Shown here in pieces: positions 8,618 through 20,286 of a DNA stretch of 64,000 nt (within the stretch, counting starts at the first letter, position 1; every line of letters begins with the position of its first letter). A program made the position numbers and the translations under genes. The stretch is from Candidatus Tayloriibacteriota bacterium (GTDB taxonomy: Bacteria; Patescibacteriota; Minisyncoccia; Phycocordibacterales; UBA6065), in the NCBI GenBank assembly GCA_016215405.1, contig JACRJQ010000007.1, positions 71,297 through 135,296 on the forward strand, written 5' to 3'. Under the pieces are notes generated by a model. It was not told the origin of the DNA. It searched no databases and was given only the letters and a program-made list of their open reading frames with translations.

Positions 8618-8998
8618 ATGACTCAAGAAAAACTCAACTTCGAACATCCGGTAGCATCCCTCGCGGACGAGCCATTGCCTTCGCACCTCCACGGCAAGAT
8701 AATGAAGCGCGTATTTTTGGCAGGATACGGCAAATACCTCTACCTCTCGGCAGGCGTGCTCTTCCTCAACCTCTCAGTCCTCGGAAGCCAGCTCTGGAGG
8801 GTATTCGCCCATCCGCAGAACCTCGCCGCCCTAAAATCGCTCTTCGGGAAATTCGATCCGTCCGTCCTCACGACGATCATGCCTGTAGAGTCCCTCGTCG
8901 CGACGGCCCTCTCGACCACCATATCCGCATACCTAACCTTCGTCTTCATAAAGCTCTATCGAGACTGGAAATCGTACGGAGCGGCCCAGAGCGCCTAG
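8618..8998 (+). CDS. putative anti-sigma factor / small membrane protein cognate to the ECF sigma
   Basis: Directly follows the sigma gene with a stop/start overlap; one TM segment; the ORF-track start at 8588 overlaps the sigma gene and is reassigned to ATG 8618. Confidence 0.4.
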   Translation: MTQEKLNFEHPVASLADEPLPSHLHGKIMKRVFLAGYGKYLYLSAGVLFLNLSVLGSQLWRVFAHPQNLAALKSLFGKFDPSVLTTIMPVESLVATALSTTISAYLTFVFIKLYRDWKSYGAAQSA

Positions 8999-9012
8999 CC
9001 ACCAGAGAGACG

Positions 9013-9046
9013 AAAAAGCCGGAGCATAACGCCCCGGCTTTTTCGT
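9013..9046. terminator. bidirectional intrinsic terminator
   Basis: aaaaagccggagcataacgccccggcttttt, a hairpin flanked by an A-run and a T-run, between convergent genes. Confidence 0.5.
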
Positions 9047-9064
9047 CTCGCGCCCTACTCCGTC

Positions 9065-9262
9065 CTACTCTTGGGTCCCAGAGGCGCCCTCATCCTGACC
9101 GTTCCCTCCCGGGAGGTTTACCTCGAGGGACGCACCGGCATCGGGACCGCTGTCGATGGGGGCGCCGCCGCGGCGATCGACTATAAACCAGACTATGAAG
9201 CCCACAACTACCACGAGAAGCACCACGAGAATGGCGTTCGCAGTCGAATCGTTATTATTCAT
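9065..9262 (-). CDS. small hypothetical membrane protein (65 aa)
   Basis: single hydrophobic helix (AILVVLLVVVVGFIVWFIV); weak call. Confidence 0.3.
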   Translation of the reverse strand: MNNNDSTANAILVVLLVVVVGFIVWFIVDRRGGAPIDSGPDAGASLEVNLPGGNGQDEGASGTQE

Positions 9263-9424
9263 GCGTGTTATCGATAACCTTCCTAAATGGAAGCTACAGA
9301 TAGTACGTAAGCGCCGCAGGAGAGGTGTCAGGGCGGGACTCGGTCACAGGTCGTTTTCTGCTGAAAACGCCCGCCACCCCGCCTCGCGCTTTACGGATAT
9401 GCTCCCAGCATATCCTCACGCTCC

Positions 9425-9487
9425 GGCTTTCGAGTCCCTACTCCGCAAAGCAAAAAGCGTCCGAGAATGGACGCTTTTTGCTTTATG
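9425..9487. repeat. tRNA 3'-flank mirror element downstream of tRNA-Asp
   Basis: 16-bp perfect hairpin aaagcaaaaagcgtcc/ggacgctttttgcttt adjacent to the tRNA 3' end; ttcgagtccc at about 9429-9438 is an antisense copy of the tRNA-Asp T-loop/stem. Confidence 0.5.
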
Positions 9488-9562
9488 CGCGAGTGACGGG
9501 ACTCGAACCCGCGACCTCTTCCGTGACAGGGAAGCGCTCTAACCAAACTGAGCTACACCCGC
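9488..9562 (-). tRNA. tRNA-Asp (anticodon GTC)
   Basis: Minus-strand cloverleaf GCGGGTG...CTTCC-CTGTCAC-GGAAG...GCGGGTTCGAGTCCCGT-CACTCGC-G. Confidence 0.85.
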
Positions 9563-9640
9563 ATGCTGGGATATTTAAGCATAAACGGCCTTAAAAATCG
9601 AGAGTCTATCGACCCTTCGCTTAAGATCGCTTACCGCTTG

Positions 9641-9714
9641 TGTCGGGGGAGGGATTCGAACCCTCGACCCCAGGCTTATGAGTCCTGTGCTCTAACCAAC
9701 TGAGCTACCCCGAC
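9641..9714 (-). tRNA. tRNA with CAT anticodon (elongator Met or Ile2/lysidine)
   Basis: Acceptor GTCGGGG/CCCCGAC, anticodon loop CTCATAA, T-arm GAGGGTTCGAATCCCTC; an A31-G39 mismatch in the anticodon stem. Confidence 0.75.
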
Positions 9715-9941
9715 GGTTTTCATAAGATATCACGGCAAGGCCCCTTTTCCAAGATTTATTTGACAATTTATACCGTTTATTATTTGAAATACGATCTGAA
9801 AGAAAGCACATCCTACCCCCGTACTAACAGGGTGTACTTCCGATGATGGCAAATCAGGCGCCCCTCTGGGCGCCTTTGCCATTGAAACAAAGGGCTAAAA
9901 TAGGGTGTATTATTAAAGACTATCAATAAGCTAACAATTCT

Positions 9942-10427
9942 ATGAATAGGAATTCTTGGATCGCGGTCGTAGTTATCGTCATCCTCATCGTCCTCGGCAT
10001 ATTCATGTTCCGATCGGACGACGCGGCCGCGCCAGGCGAAGGCGACGCGACGAGCACTCCCCTCTCCGGAACGACGACCGTAAGGCCCTACGGCCAGGTG
10101 ACCCTCAAGCTCGGCGAAACGGCGGCGTTTCGAGGGATAACGTTCAGGCCGACCTCGATAATCGAAGATTCTAGGTGCCCTCAGGACGTCCAGTGCATCC
10201 AAGCCGGCACGGTGCGCGTGAACGTCGAATCGGAGCTCGACAGCGGCGTAACGCGCCAAGACGCTATCGGCCTTAACGCGACCTCGACGATCGACACCTT
10301 CCGGATATCGCTCGTCCGCGCCGAGCCTGCGACTTCGGCCGGTAAGACGATACCGAACTCCGATTACAGGCTCACGTTCGAGGTGAGACAAGGAGCCGTG
10401 ACGGATAGCGAGCTTATAGGAAAATAG
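9942..10427 (+). CDS. hypothetical secreted/membrane-anchored protein
   Basis: 161 aa; N-terminal TM/signal anchor (IAVVVIVILIVLGIFMF); no family recognised. Confidence 0.5.
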   Translation: MNRNSWIAVVVIVILIVLGIFMFRSDDAAAPGEGDATSTPLSGTTTVRPYGQVTLKLGETAAFRGITFRPTSIIEDSRCPQDVQCIQAGTVRVNVESELDSGVTRQDAIGLNATSTIDTFRISLVRAEPATSAGKTIPNSDYRLTFEVRQGAVTDSELIGK

Positions 10428-10450
10428 CGAGCCCGACTCCAAAGCCGCCC

Positions 10451-11221
10451 TCAGGCGGCTTTTCGCTGTCCGATCTCGAAATCGAGATAGACCGGAGAGT
10501 GGTCGGAGACGACATCGGGAAGGACTTTGAAGTCTTTCACTTCTATGTCCTCCGATACGAAGACGTAGTCAGCAAACCGATGCGGCTTCTTGTAGACCTC
10601 CGTGCGGGTCGAAGCGATGCCGTATTCCTTTATGAGATTCCTCATTCCCGCCCTTTCGATCACGCGTATGCTCTCCGTATCGGGTAAAAGGTTGAAATCC
10701 CCCATGAGGATCTTCGGACAGTCGAACAGGGACATGAACCTCACGATGGCCTCTGACTGAAGGAGCCTCTTCGAGCTATCGCCCTTCCCCTCAGGACGGT
10801 GTGTGAGATGGGCATTGAGGACGAGTAGGCTCTTTCCCTTCATCTCGATCTCAAGCCACTGGAGCTTTCTGTTATGGTCGCCCTTGCCGTCATAATCGCC
10901 TCCATGCCAGTCGCCGCGGGCCACGAGAGCCTCTCCGAAGCTTATGACCTTGATATCTGGCCTCATAAAAGCCGAGAGGCCATATATGTCCCGAAAGGTC
11001 GGACAGAAATAATCCTTATAGGGGGTAAGGAGGGCCGAAAGCGTCTGGTTAAGGGAGAAATCGGGTTTCTCGTATCCGCCGATGGCGACGAACTCCTCTT
11101 CCTTCTTCGAGTTATAGACCTCTTGAAAAAGCCAGAGGTCTACGTCGCGATAGCGATTGAAAAATCCCGAGAAACGATCCTTCATCCTGCCGCCCCAGGC
11201 GTTAAGCGTCACGATCTTCAT
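10451..11221 (-). CDS. endonuclease/exonuclease/phosphatase (EEP) family protein
   Basis: 256 aa; MGDFN and SDHSPV catalytic motifs typical of EEP-fold enzymes. Confidence 0.7.
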   Translation of the reverse strand: MKIVTLNAWGGRMKDRFSGFFNRYRDVDLWLFQEVYNSKKEEEFVAIGGYEKPDFSLNQTLSALLTPYKDYFCPTFRDIYGLSAFMRPDIKVISFGEALVARGDWHGGDYDGKGDHNRKLQWLEIEMKGKSLLVLNAHLTHRPEGKGDSSKRLLQSEAIVRFMSLFDCPKILMGDFNLLPDTESIRVIERAGMRNLIKEYGIASTRTEVYKKPHRFADYVFVSEDIEVKDFKVLPDVVSDHSPVYLDFEIGQRKAA

Positions 11222-11386
11222 AGGGAAAGTATAGCAAAAGACGCCTTACTGGACGTTTGTCATACATCTTGCGGAAGGGTTTGAATTATCATGAATCGCT
11301 AAGTCTTTTGCTGCAGAAGCCAGCAAAAGCCCAAGTGTTCGCGATCCCGCCTCGCCCGTCTCGCTTCGCTCGACATGGCTGCGACC

Positions 11387-11477
11387 TTCAAATCCAACCC
11401 GACGAACGTCTCAGGCGTTCGTCTCCCGCAACAAGCATGAAAAAAACCGCTATCAATAGCGGTTTTTTTCATGCTTG

Positions 11478-11484
<7 letters not shown>
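11387..11484. repeat. tRNA 3'-flank mirror element downstream of tRNA-fMet
   Basis: Perfect palindrome gcaacaagcatgaaaaaaaccgctat/atagcggtttttttcatgcttgttgc includes the tRNA 3' end; an antisense acceptor copy cccgcaaca; a gacgaacg...cgttcgtc hairpin insertion; an antisense T-arm copy ttcaaatccaaccc. Confidence 0.55.
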
Positions 11485-11551
<67 letters not shown>

Positions 11552-11641
11552 ATAGTTACTACGTAACTCCCTTAACAAAGGGGTAACGAGCATTATACCA
11601 GAGCAAAAACCCCTAATCAAGCCCGTCTGCGAGCCACAGGG

Positions 11642-12223
11642 CTATATATGATAGAACTCCGAGAATACCTGCTTATATTTGTCTATGACCGCTTTGGCCT
11701 CTCTTTCATTCAAAGGGTAGCTCGACCCGTCGTGAGCAATGCGATTCCTCACTCCATGGGCCTCTTGGGCGAGCTGGAGGGTGAGGAAATCACCTTTGGC
11801 GATCCCTCGGAACTTCTCAGCCATAGTATCCCCTTGATAGCCCATCTTATCGAGCATGCTATCGAGCATGATATCGGCCTCGAGGATAGCGAGCCTCCAG
11901 TCCGAAGGATTGTTCGAATTGATGTGGGCCACGACCTTCTGCCACTTCTCGACCATCTCCGTATCCTGGCCCGGCTGGTTCGCCGCATCCTTCGCCTTAA
12001 GGGCTTCGAACTCCTCCTTCTCCTTCTCTTCGAGCTGCTTTATGCGGATATGGGAATAGACTATTACAAAAAAGAGGAAGAGCGACACGATGATCGCGAT
12101 AGGCTTCAGTATATCGAGGAAGGCTATGAGCCTATTGAGAAGCGCTACTATATCGAAATTCTTGAAGAATTCGAAGATCCTCAAGAACAGGTATTCGAGA
12201 TTGAGAAAGTTTACCGCGTCCAT
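11642..12223 (-). CDS. hypothetical membrane protein (operonic with gatCA)
   Basis: 193 aa; N-terminal hydrophobic segment then a charged helical region; ends 4 nt from the gatA start. Confidence 0.5.
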   Translation of the reverse strand: MDAVNFLNLEYLFLRIFEFFKNFDIVALLNRLIAFLDILKPIAIIVSLFLFFVIVYSHIRIKQLEEKEKEEFEALKAKDAANQPGQDTEMVEKWQKVVAHINSNNPSDWRLAILEADIMLDSMLDKMGYQGDTMAEKFRGIAKGDFLTLQLAQEAHGVRNRIAHDGSSYPLNEREAKAVIDKYKQVFSEFYHI

Positions 12224-12227
12224 CCCT

Positions 12228-13643
12228 CTATTCTACATCTTCTCCCAGGAACTTCTTCCCCAGTTCGAAGAGCGCGTCCTCGCGGCCATGGGGCGAGACG
12301 AGATGAATGCCGATAGGAAGCCTCTTACCCTCGACCTCCTTTGTCCCCGCAGGGATAGATATGGCCGGGGTACCAACCAGGTTCGCCGTAACCGTAAATA
12401 TATCTTCGAGATACATCGCGACAGGGTCCGACGCCTTCTCCCCTATCTTGAACGCAGGAGCCGGCGCGGTCGGGGTGAGGATGACATCGGCTCTTTCGAA
12501 CGCCTTGGCGAAGTCGTCTTTGAGAAGCTCGCGGACGGCGGACGCTTTATTGTAATACGCGTCGTAATAGCCTGACGAGAGGACATAAGAGCCGAGCATG
12601 ACGCGGCGACGCGCCTCAGGACCGAATCCCTCGCCGCGAGAAAAGAGATAGTCCTCGAGCAGGTTCGAGCCTTCCTTATGGAGCCCGTACTTTATGCCGT
12701 CGAAACGCGCGAGGTTTGTCGACACCTCGGCCGGCATGAGGACGTAATAGACCGCGAGCGAGTACCCTATGTTAGGGAGCTCGATATCGACGATCTCATA
12801 GCCGAGCGACCGAAACCTCTCGATGGATGCCTCGAAGGCCTTCATGACTTCGGGATCGATGCCGTCGCCTTTGAGGAAATGGCGCGGAACACCTATCTTC
12901 TGTGGACGCTTACCCGCCATAGGCACGTCTAGAGATGTCGAATCGTAGCGGTCCTTGCCCTTTATGGCGTTAAAGAGTATCTCTGCGTCGGAAACGGTCT
13001 TCGAGAATGGGCCTATGACGTCGAGCGACGAGCCCATGGCCATGAGGCCATGGCGCGAGACGGAGCCGTAGGTAGGCTTCAGGCCCACGATGCCGCAGTG
13101 GCTCGCAGGCTGGCGGATCGAGCCGCCCGTATCGGAGCCCAGGGAGGCTAGGGCGAGGTCTGCCGCGACGGCCGCTGCCGAGCCGCCGGACGAGCCGCCA
13201 GCGACCCTCGAGAGGTCGTGAGGATTCTTCGTGACGCCGTAGGCGGAGTTCTCGGTCGAGCTCCCCATCGCGAATTCATCCATATTCGTCCTGCCGAGGA
13301 GCACGGCGCCGGCATCAACGAGCTTTCGTATCGCGGTCGCGGTATAGGGCGCGACATAGCCTTGGAGGATCTTCGACGCAGAGGTCGCGGCCTTGCCTTC
13401 GAAGAGCATGTTGTCCTTGATCGCTATCGGTATGCCCGCGAGCGAGTTCCCCTCGCCTACCTTCTTTTGCGCCGCATCCGCCTGAGCCATGACGTCGCTA
13501 TATACCTCGAGATAGGCATGGATGTCTCCGTCGCGTTTCTTTATCTCGTCGAGATACGCCTGGCAGAGCTCTCGTACCGTGAAATCGCCTCTGACGAGGG
13601 CTTCGTGCGCCTTCTTTATGGTGAGCTTCTTGAGGTCGATCAT
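12228..13643 (-). CDS. gatA: Asp-tRNA(Asn)/Glu-tRNA(Gln) amidotransferase subunit A
   Basis: 471 aa; amidase signature GGSSGGSAAAVAA and a Ser-cisSer-Lys triad context. Confidence 0.9.
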   Translation of the reverse strand: MIDLKKLTIKKAHEALVRGDFTVRELCQAYLDEIKKRDGDIHAYLEVYSDVMAQADAAQKKVGEGNSLAGIPIAIKDNMLFEGKAATSASKILQGYVAPYTATAIRKLVDAGAVLLGRTNMDEFAMGSSTENSAYGVTKNPHDLSRVAGGSSGGSAAAVAADLALASLGSDTGGSIRQPASHCGIVGLKPTYGSVSRHGLMAMGSSLDVIGPFSKTVSDAEILFNAIKGKDRYDSTSLDVPMAGKRPQKIGVPRHFLKGDGIDPEVMKAFEASIERFRSLGYEIVDIELPNIGYSLAVYYVLMPAEVSTNLARFDGIKYGLHKEGSNLLEDYLFSRGEGFGPEARRRVMLGSYVLSSGYYDAYYNKASAVRELLKDDFAKAFERADVILTPTAPAPAFKIGEKASDPVAMYLEDIFTVTANLVGTPAISIPAGTKEVEGKRLPIGIHLVSPHGREDALFELGKKFLGEDVE

Positions 13644-13644
13644 A

Positions 13645-13959
13645 TTATTGGGACGATCCGAGTATCTTCTTTACCTTGACGTACTTGCCGTCTTTGTTGA
13701 CCTCATGCTTCGGAGCGAGAGCGATGAGCTTGTCCGTGTATATCCCTCCTTCGTGGGGAGCCCTATCCTCGCGCAGGACGTTTCGGTTCGCCGACATGAC
13801 GGGGCCATGGTCTACGCCCTTCGCCTCCTTCAGCTTGTCCACATAGGCGAGTATCGCCGTCATATCGGCCTGCATCTTCGCGATCTCCTCCTCGGAGAGC
13901 TTGAGGCGAGAGAGGTTTGCGAGCTTTACGACTTCTTCGCGGGTTATCATGGGACTCAA
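13645..13959 (-). CDS. gatC: Asp-tRNA(Asn)/Glu-tRNA(Gln) amidotransferase subunit C
   Basis: About 100 aa; EEVVKLANLSRLKLSEEEIAKMQADM is typical of GatC; immediately upstream of gatA. Confidence 0.8.
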   Translation of the reverse strand: MSPMITREEVVKLANLSRLKLSEEEIAKMQADMTAILAYVDKLKEAKGVDHGPVMSANRNVLREDRAPHEGGIYTDKLIALAPKHEVNKDGKYVKVKKILGSSQ

Positions 13960-14016
13960 TATAGCAAATGACCGCCTAAATCGCGAGACAGGACGAGAAA
14001 TCTCTCCTATAAGCGG

Positions 14017-14517
14017 CTAATCGAGGCACAGGCACGCTCCATACATGCCGTCCGCGGTCGCTTGCGCCGAGCACGCGATATAAGGGGAGGTCGCCGGCCT
14101 CGTTAGATAGAGATGGAGGACCGCCCGCGTAGCGGGGGCCGTGCATCCTCCGTACGTGCCTACGCGGTAATAATAGGACTTGTAGGCGCTGGTATTCTCC
14201 GGGTCTCGGATAGGCGAAGCGAGATAGCCTCCCGAGACCAGATTCGACATAAATCCCGCCCCCGCGGTATAGCTTTCGGCCCAGCCGTCCCCTCGGTCGG
14301 GCGTCGCCGGGGGATACACGTTCCCGCTGTCGTTTAGATAGAGCGATATCGCCGTCCTCAGCGACTGCATGTCGGCGAGCCTGCGCGCATCGCGAGCCCT
14401 CGAGCGCGAAGCGTTGAGGCTAGAGAGGACCACGGCGGAAAGCAGGGAGATTATCGACACGACCACGAGAAGCTCGATAAGGGTGAATCCTCTTTTTTTG
14501 CGTAGCAGACTATTCAT
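14017..14517 (-). CDS. type IV pilin / pseudopilin (prepilin-type N-terminal methylation domain)
   Basis: KKRGFTLIELLVVVSIISLL class III signal peptide; C-terminal Cys pair. Confidence 0.8.
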   Translation of the reverse strand: MNSLLRKKRGFTLIELLVVVSIISLLSAVVLSSLNASRSRARDARRLADMQSLRTAISLYLNDSGNVYPPATPDRGDGWAESYTAGAGFMSNLVSGGYLASPIRDPENTSAYKSYYYRVGTYGGCTAPATRAVLHLYLTRPATSPYIACSAQATADGMYGACLCLD

Positions 14518-14518
14518 C

Positions 14519-16546
<2,028 letters not shown>

Positions 16547-16560
16547 CTATAAAGCGAGGT

Positions 16561-17091
16561 CTAGTAGGATACTTTGAGGGCCCTCTCCACCCTTCCCTTA
16601 TCGGTCGTATCGCACGTGTTATACCCTCGGGAATCTATCTCCGTCTTTATGATCCCAGAAGGAGCGGTCTTGGTGACGGTCACGATCGCGCAGTATGCCG
16701 CGGGAGAGTTCGGTATCGTGAGCGAGAATTGCGTAACGGCGGAATTGCTCGTCCTGGAGAGATAGTTGGTGACGTTTATCGTCTGCGGCGTCCCGATGGT
16801 ATCGACGCAGTCGGGGTTCGAAGGCGACGGAGAGTGAGTGGACGACGACGTGGCGAATACGCCCGTACCCTTGAAATCCCAATAGAGAGCGCACTCGGCC
16901 CCCGTGTCGGCCGCATAGAAGGCGAATTGGGATTCGCGCCCCGAGGAGGAAAGGAGGAGCTCCTTTACCGTGAGGTTGAATATGGAAAGGCCGATCGAGA
17001 GGAGGACGCTTCCGGTGAGCACGGCGAAAAGGAGCGCGAAGCCCTTCTCCTCCCTGATCCCTGAAGCCGGATGTTTGATGGGATATCTCAT
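16561..17091 (-). CDS. pseudopilin-like protein (minor pilin)
   Basis: EKGFALLFAVLTGSVLLSIGLSIF N-terminal hydrophobic helix resembling a degenerate prepilin signal; Thr/Ser-rich. Confidence 0.45.
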   Translation of the reverse strand: MRYPIKHPASGIREEKGFALLFAVLTGSVLLSIGLSIFNLTVKELLLSSSGRESQFAFYAADTGAECALYWDFKGTGVFATSSSTHSPSPSNPDCVDTIGTPQTINVTNYLSRTSNSAVTQFSLTIPNSPAAYCAIVTVTKTAPSGIIKTEIDSRGYNTCDTTDKGRVERALKVSY

Positions 17092-17092
17092 A

Positions 17093-17719
17093 TCAGAAAT
17101 TGAACATATACTCCTTCACGGTAAAGGTCTTAAGCGGGGTGAAGAGCGTGGTCGTCCAAGAGACCGTCACAGATACCGCCGCCTCCTTCGATGACGCCCT
17201 GTCGTCTATGGAGACCGTCCTCGTGAAAGGAGTGGTCCTCCATGTCGAGCACGAGCCTGAGCAGTATCCGTAGACGCTGTTCGCGTTATCGAACGAGAGC
17301 GCGGGACAGACGCCCGACGGGCAGGACGTCACCGCGTTCGGATTCGTGAAATCGGTATAGCGCGCGTCTATGGCGCACCTCTCGCCGAGGCCGGTGTCTT
17401 TGCACGCGGTGAGAGGGTTGAGCCAGGACGTATTGGTGATGCGGTTCGAATCTCGTATGTTCCTCACGTATTCGACCGCCTCTTGGGCGAGATAGAAGGC
17501 TGTTATCTGGTCGCGGGCATAGATGGCGGAACCTACTCCCTTTTGGGCGATGATGAGGGGGCCCGTGATCGCGAGGGAAAGTATGGAGATCGCGACCATA
17601 GCCTCTATGAGCGTGAATCCGCGCCGCGGACCGATCGCGGATTTCGAGCTAAAGGCCGTGAAAAGCAAAAGGGCCTTTCTTCCCGCTATCTTTTTCCCGG
17701 CTCTCGATTCTTTGTTCAT
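17093..17719 (-). CDS. prepilin-type N-terminal domain protein (minor pilin)
   Basis: RRGFTLIEAMVAISILSLAI motif. Confidence 0.65.
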   Translation of the reverse strand: MNKESRAGKKIAGRKALLLFTAFSSKSAIGPRRGFTLIEAMVAISILSLAITGPLIIAQKGVGSAIYARDQITAFYLAQEAVEYVRNIRDSNRITNTSWLNPLTACKDTGLGERCAIDARYTDFTNPNAVTSCPSGVCPALSFDNANSVYGYCSGSCSTWRTTPFTRTVSIDDRASSKEAAVSVTVSWTTTLFTPLKTFTVKEYMFNF

Positions 17720-17728
17720 GGTTCTTCT

Positions 17729-18340
17729 TTAGGAGTCTATGGCCCTCTGGGAGATGGTCGTCTGGATGTTGAACTCGGACTTCGTCTTGCCAGTGCCCGC
17801 GTCCCCCTTAAGCGTCATCACCACCTTAGGCTGTAGCCCGTCGTTCGCCGCCGTGCCCGTCACGTAGAAGCGCAAGAGGGTTATGTTTATGTCGCTCGCC
17901 GTTATGTCCGTCGTCGAAGGTATCGTACCGTATACCCTTTTCTGTATCCTGCCAGAGACGAGGCTATATTCTATCTGATCGTTAGCGTCGGCAGAGTTAT
18001 AGTTCCCGTCGCCGTCGATATCGCGGTTCGCCTTATAGCGGAAGACCGAGCCTCCAGACTGGCAGCTCCCCGACCCGTCGCAGACGTAATTGAAGCCGAC
18101 GCGGGTGTCTCGGGCCATCGACTCCAGCGCGAAATTGAGGTTCGTCATGACTGACTTCAGCGTATGGGTCTTTTTGTTCGCCTCGACGATCGAGAACACG
18201 GAGCCGGTCGCTATGAGCATGACCATCGCGAATATGGAGACGGATACGAGGACTTCGACGAGCGTGAAAGCCCGCTCTCCCTTCCCTGCCTTAGATCGTA
18301 GATTGATGTTGTTCATACTAGTTGCATACAGCTCCCGCAT
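17729..18340 (-). CDS. prepilin-type N-terminal domain protein (minor pilin)
   Basis: GERAFTLVEVLVSVSIFAMV motif; the start is probably the internal MNNINL. Confidence 0.65.
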   Translation of the reverse strand: MRELYATSMNNINLRSKAGKGERAFTLVEVLVSVSIFAMVMLIATGSVFSIVEANKKTHTLKSVMTNLNFALESMARDTRVGFNYVCDGSGSCQSGGSVFRYKANRDIDGDGNYNSADANDQIEYSLVSGRIQKRVYGTIPSTTDITASDINITLLRFYVTGTAANDGLQPKVVMTLKGDAGTGKTKSEFNIQTTISQRAIDS

Positions 18341-19022
18341 CCACCGATACGGATATCTGACCTGTCGACTCTACGGTCACCTTCCTCTTCGTGCCCGACG
18401 GCGACGACACGCAGATCTCGGCCTTTCCGTAGCTCGTCCCCTGTATGCCGCCGGCGCGGATATAGGCGTCTGGATTAGGTCTCACGAAGGAGATATCGAC
18501 GACCGAGTTCGAGCAGTTTCCATCGACGCAGACCTTGCTTATGGCGTTACCCTTCTGTATGCGGAAGGTCTCGACGGATATGTCGCTGCCGTCGTAGACG
18601 TGGTTCGGCACGCCTCCGGACTTCACGTCTTCGAATATGAAATAGGTCGAAGGGTTGGTGAGGTCGAAATGTATCCCGTATCCCGAATCGAACTTGGTGG
18701 CGTCGGCCGAGGTCTGCCTCACGATGATGCCGTAGAACTGGGCCTGACGGACGGAGAGCGCGACCTCATAGGCGAGGTTCGTGAGGATGACGGTGCCGTT
18801 GAATTTGGAATGGTTGAAGACCGCGACCGTCGTTATGAGAGAGAATATGCTAATAGACACGAGGAGCTCGACCAAGGTGAAACCGCCTCCTGTCGCCTTT
18901 TTAGCGAGACCCTCGTTCCTTCCTGCTGAAAAGACGCTCCGCTCGCGCCGTCGCGCCGCGCAAGGTTTTCTAAAAAAGGGCTCTCGCTTGCCTAGGAAGA
19001 TGGGACGCATAGTCCTCATCAT
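18318..19022 (-). CDS. prepilin-type N-terminal domain protein (minor pilin)
   Basis: GGGFTLVELLVSISIFSLIT motif; the long leader suggests an alternative start. Confidence 0.6.
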   Translation of the reverse strand: MMRTMRPIFLGKREPFFRKPCAARRRERSVFSAGRNEGLAKKATGGGFTLVELLVSISIFSLITTVAVFNHSKFNGTVILTNLAYEVALSVRQAQFYGIIVRQTSADATKFDSGYGIHFDLTNPSTYFIFEDVKSGGVPNHVYDGSDISVETFRIQKGNAISKVCVDGNCSNSVVDISFVRPNPDAYIRAGGIQGTSYGKAEICVSSPSGTKRKVTVESTGQISVSVDAGAVCN

Positions 19023-19825
19023 TATACAGCCAAAAACGAAAGGATGGCCTGGATATCTATGCGGAAAAGGAGCGACAGGAGGAATCCGACTATCATGAAA
19101 GGCCCAAAAGGTATCTCGCTTTTAAGCCCGAGGCCTCGCCTCGACCTGATCTTTTGGATCGCCATAGCCGCGAAAGCGAAGGCCGCTCCCGTCCAGAAAG
19201 ATAGAAGGACCGAAGCGACGCCTGCAGAGAGGCCCAACGCCCAGCCGATCGAGAGCGCGAGCTTCGCGTCGCCTAATCCCATCCACGTGCCCTTCGAGAC
19301 GAGCCAGAAGAAGCCGAAGAAGGCGAAGAGCGCGGGGCCCGCCGCGAGGCGCCCGAAGTCCAAGGTTCCCGTCGCTGCCCACTCGACGCCCAAGAGCGCG
19401 AGAGCGACGGCCGCGGCGCCGTAGGAGAACTCGTCGGGGATGATCTTGTGCCGAAGGTCATAAGCCGTTATGGCGATATAGAGGAATAGAAGCGCGGCGA
19501 GCAAGGCGAAAGAGGCGACGCTGAGCGCGCCCTGCCCGGGAAGCGCCCAAAGGTACGCGGCGAGTGCCGCGAGCCCGCCGGATATCTCGATCGCGGGATA
19601 TTGCCAAGATATCTTCGAGCGGCAACCCTTGCACCTGCCTCCCTGAAAGAGGAACGAGAAGATCGGGACGAGCTCGTACCAAGAGAGCGTCTTTCCGCAG
19701 GAGAAGCACTTCGACCTGCCGCGCGAGATCGACGCGCCTGTATCGAAGCGCAAGACGACGACGTTAAGGAAGCTCCCGATGATGGCGCCGAATACGAATA
19801 TGGAGGCGAAGATGAAGTGGTCCAT
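19022..19825 (-). CDS. pilD: prepilin peptidase (A24 family)
   Basis: 267 aa; N-terminal Zn-binding CxxC...CxxC (CFSCGKTL...CKGCRSK) and polytopic membrane domain. Confidence 0.85.
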   Translation of the reverse strand: MDHFIFASIFVFGAIIGSFLNVVVLRFDTGASISRGRSKCFSCGKTLSWYELVPIFSFLFQGGRCKGCRSKISWQYPAIEISGGLAALAAYLWALPGQGALSVASFALLAALLFLYIAITAYDLRHKIIPDEFSYGAAAVALALLGVEWAATGTLDFGRLAAGPALFAFFGFFWLVSKGTWMGLGDAKLALSIGWALGLSAGVASVLLSFWTGAAFAFAAMAIQKIRSRRGLGLKSEIPFGPFMIVGFLLSLLFRIDIQAILSFLAV

Positions 19826-20223
19826 TAGCGCTGGGACTTGTAGTTCGCGAGGGATCCCGAGGAGGCGCTCGTGCAGGTAGCCGAATCGTTCGGTATACCG
19901 GCTTCGAGCTTTACCCCGATGCAGTAGTTCTTGTTCGAGTTCGCGGGCAAGTATTCATACGCCGTGCCCAAAGGATCTCCTGGAAGCGACGGCAGATATT
20001 TCTCTGTGACGAGGGTGTTAAGGCTCGCGGGATATACCTTATTGACGTCGAAGTAGAGCGCGAGACCGAGCTCGATCTCCTTCATGTCGCTTATCCTCTT
20101 CGTGTCGCGCGCCTTCCCTCTCGACGCGTTCGTCGCGCCGATGACGACCGAGGTGAAGATGCCTATGATGGCGAGGACTATGAGGAGCTCGACGAGGGTG
20201 AAGCCCCTTTTGTTTGTTTTCAT
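19825..20223 (-). CDS. type IV pilin
   Basis: KRGFTLVELLIVLAIIGIFT prepilin signal. Confidence 0.8.
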   Translation of the reverse strand: MKTNKRGFTLVELLIVLAIIGIFTSVVIGATNASRGKARDTKRISDMKEIELGLALYFDVNKVYPASLNTLVTEKYLPSLPGDPLGTAYEYLPANSNKNYCIGVKLEAGIPNDSATCTSASSGSLANYKSQR

Positions 20224-20286
20224 AGAGCGATTATATCAAAGCAAAACCGCCCGCAAAAGCGGGCGGTTCGCCATATCGCTAGGATA

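Noticed and set aside
9156-9594. 128-aa and 89-aa plus-strand ORFs
   Set aside because: They run through the tRNA-Asp gene and its flank hairpin; Arg-rich translations.
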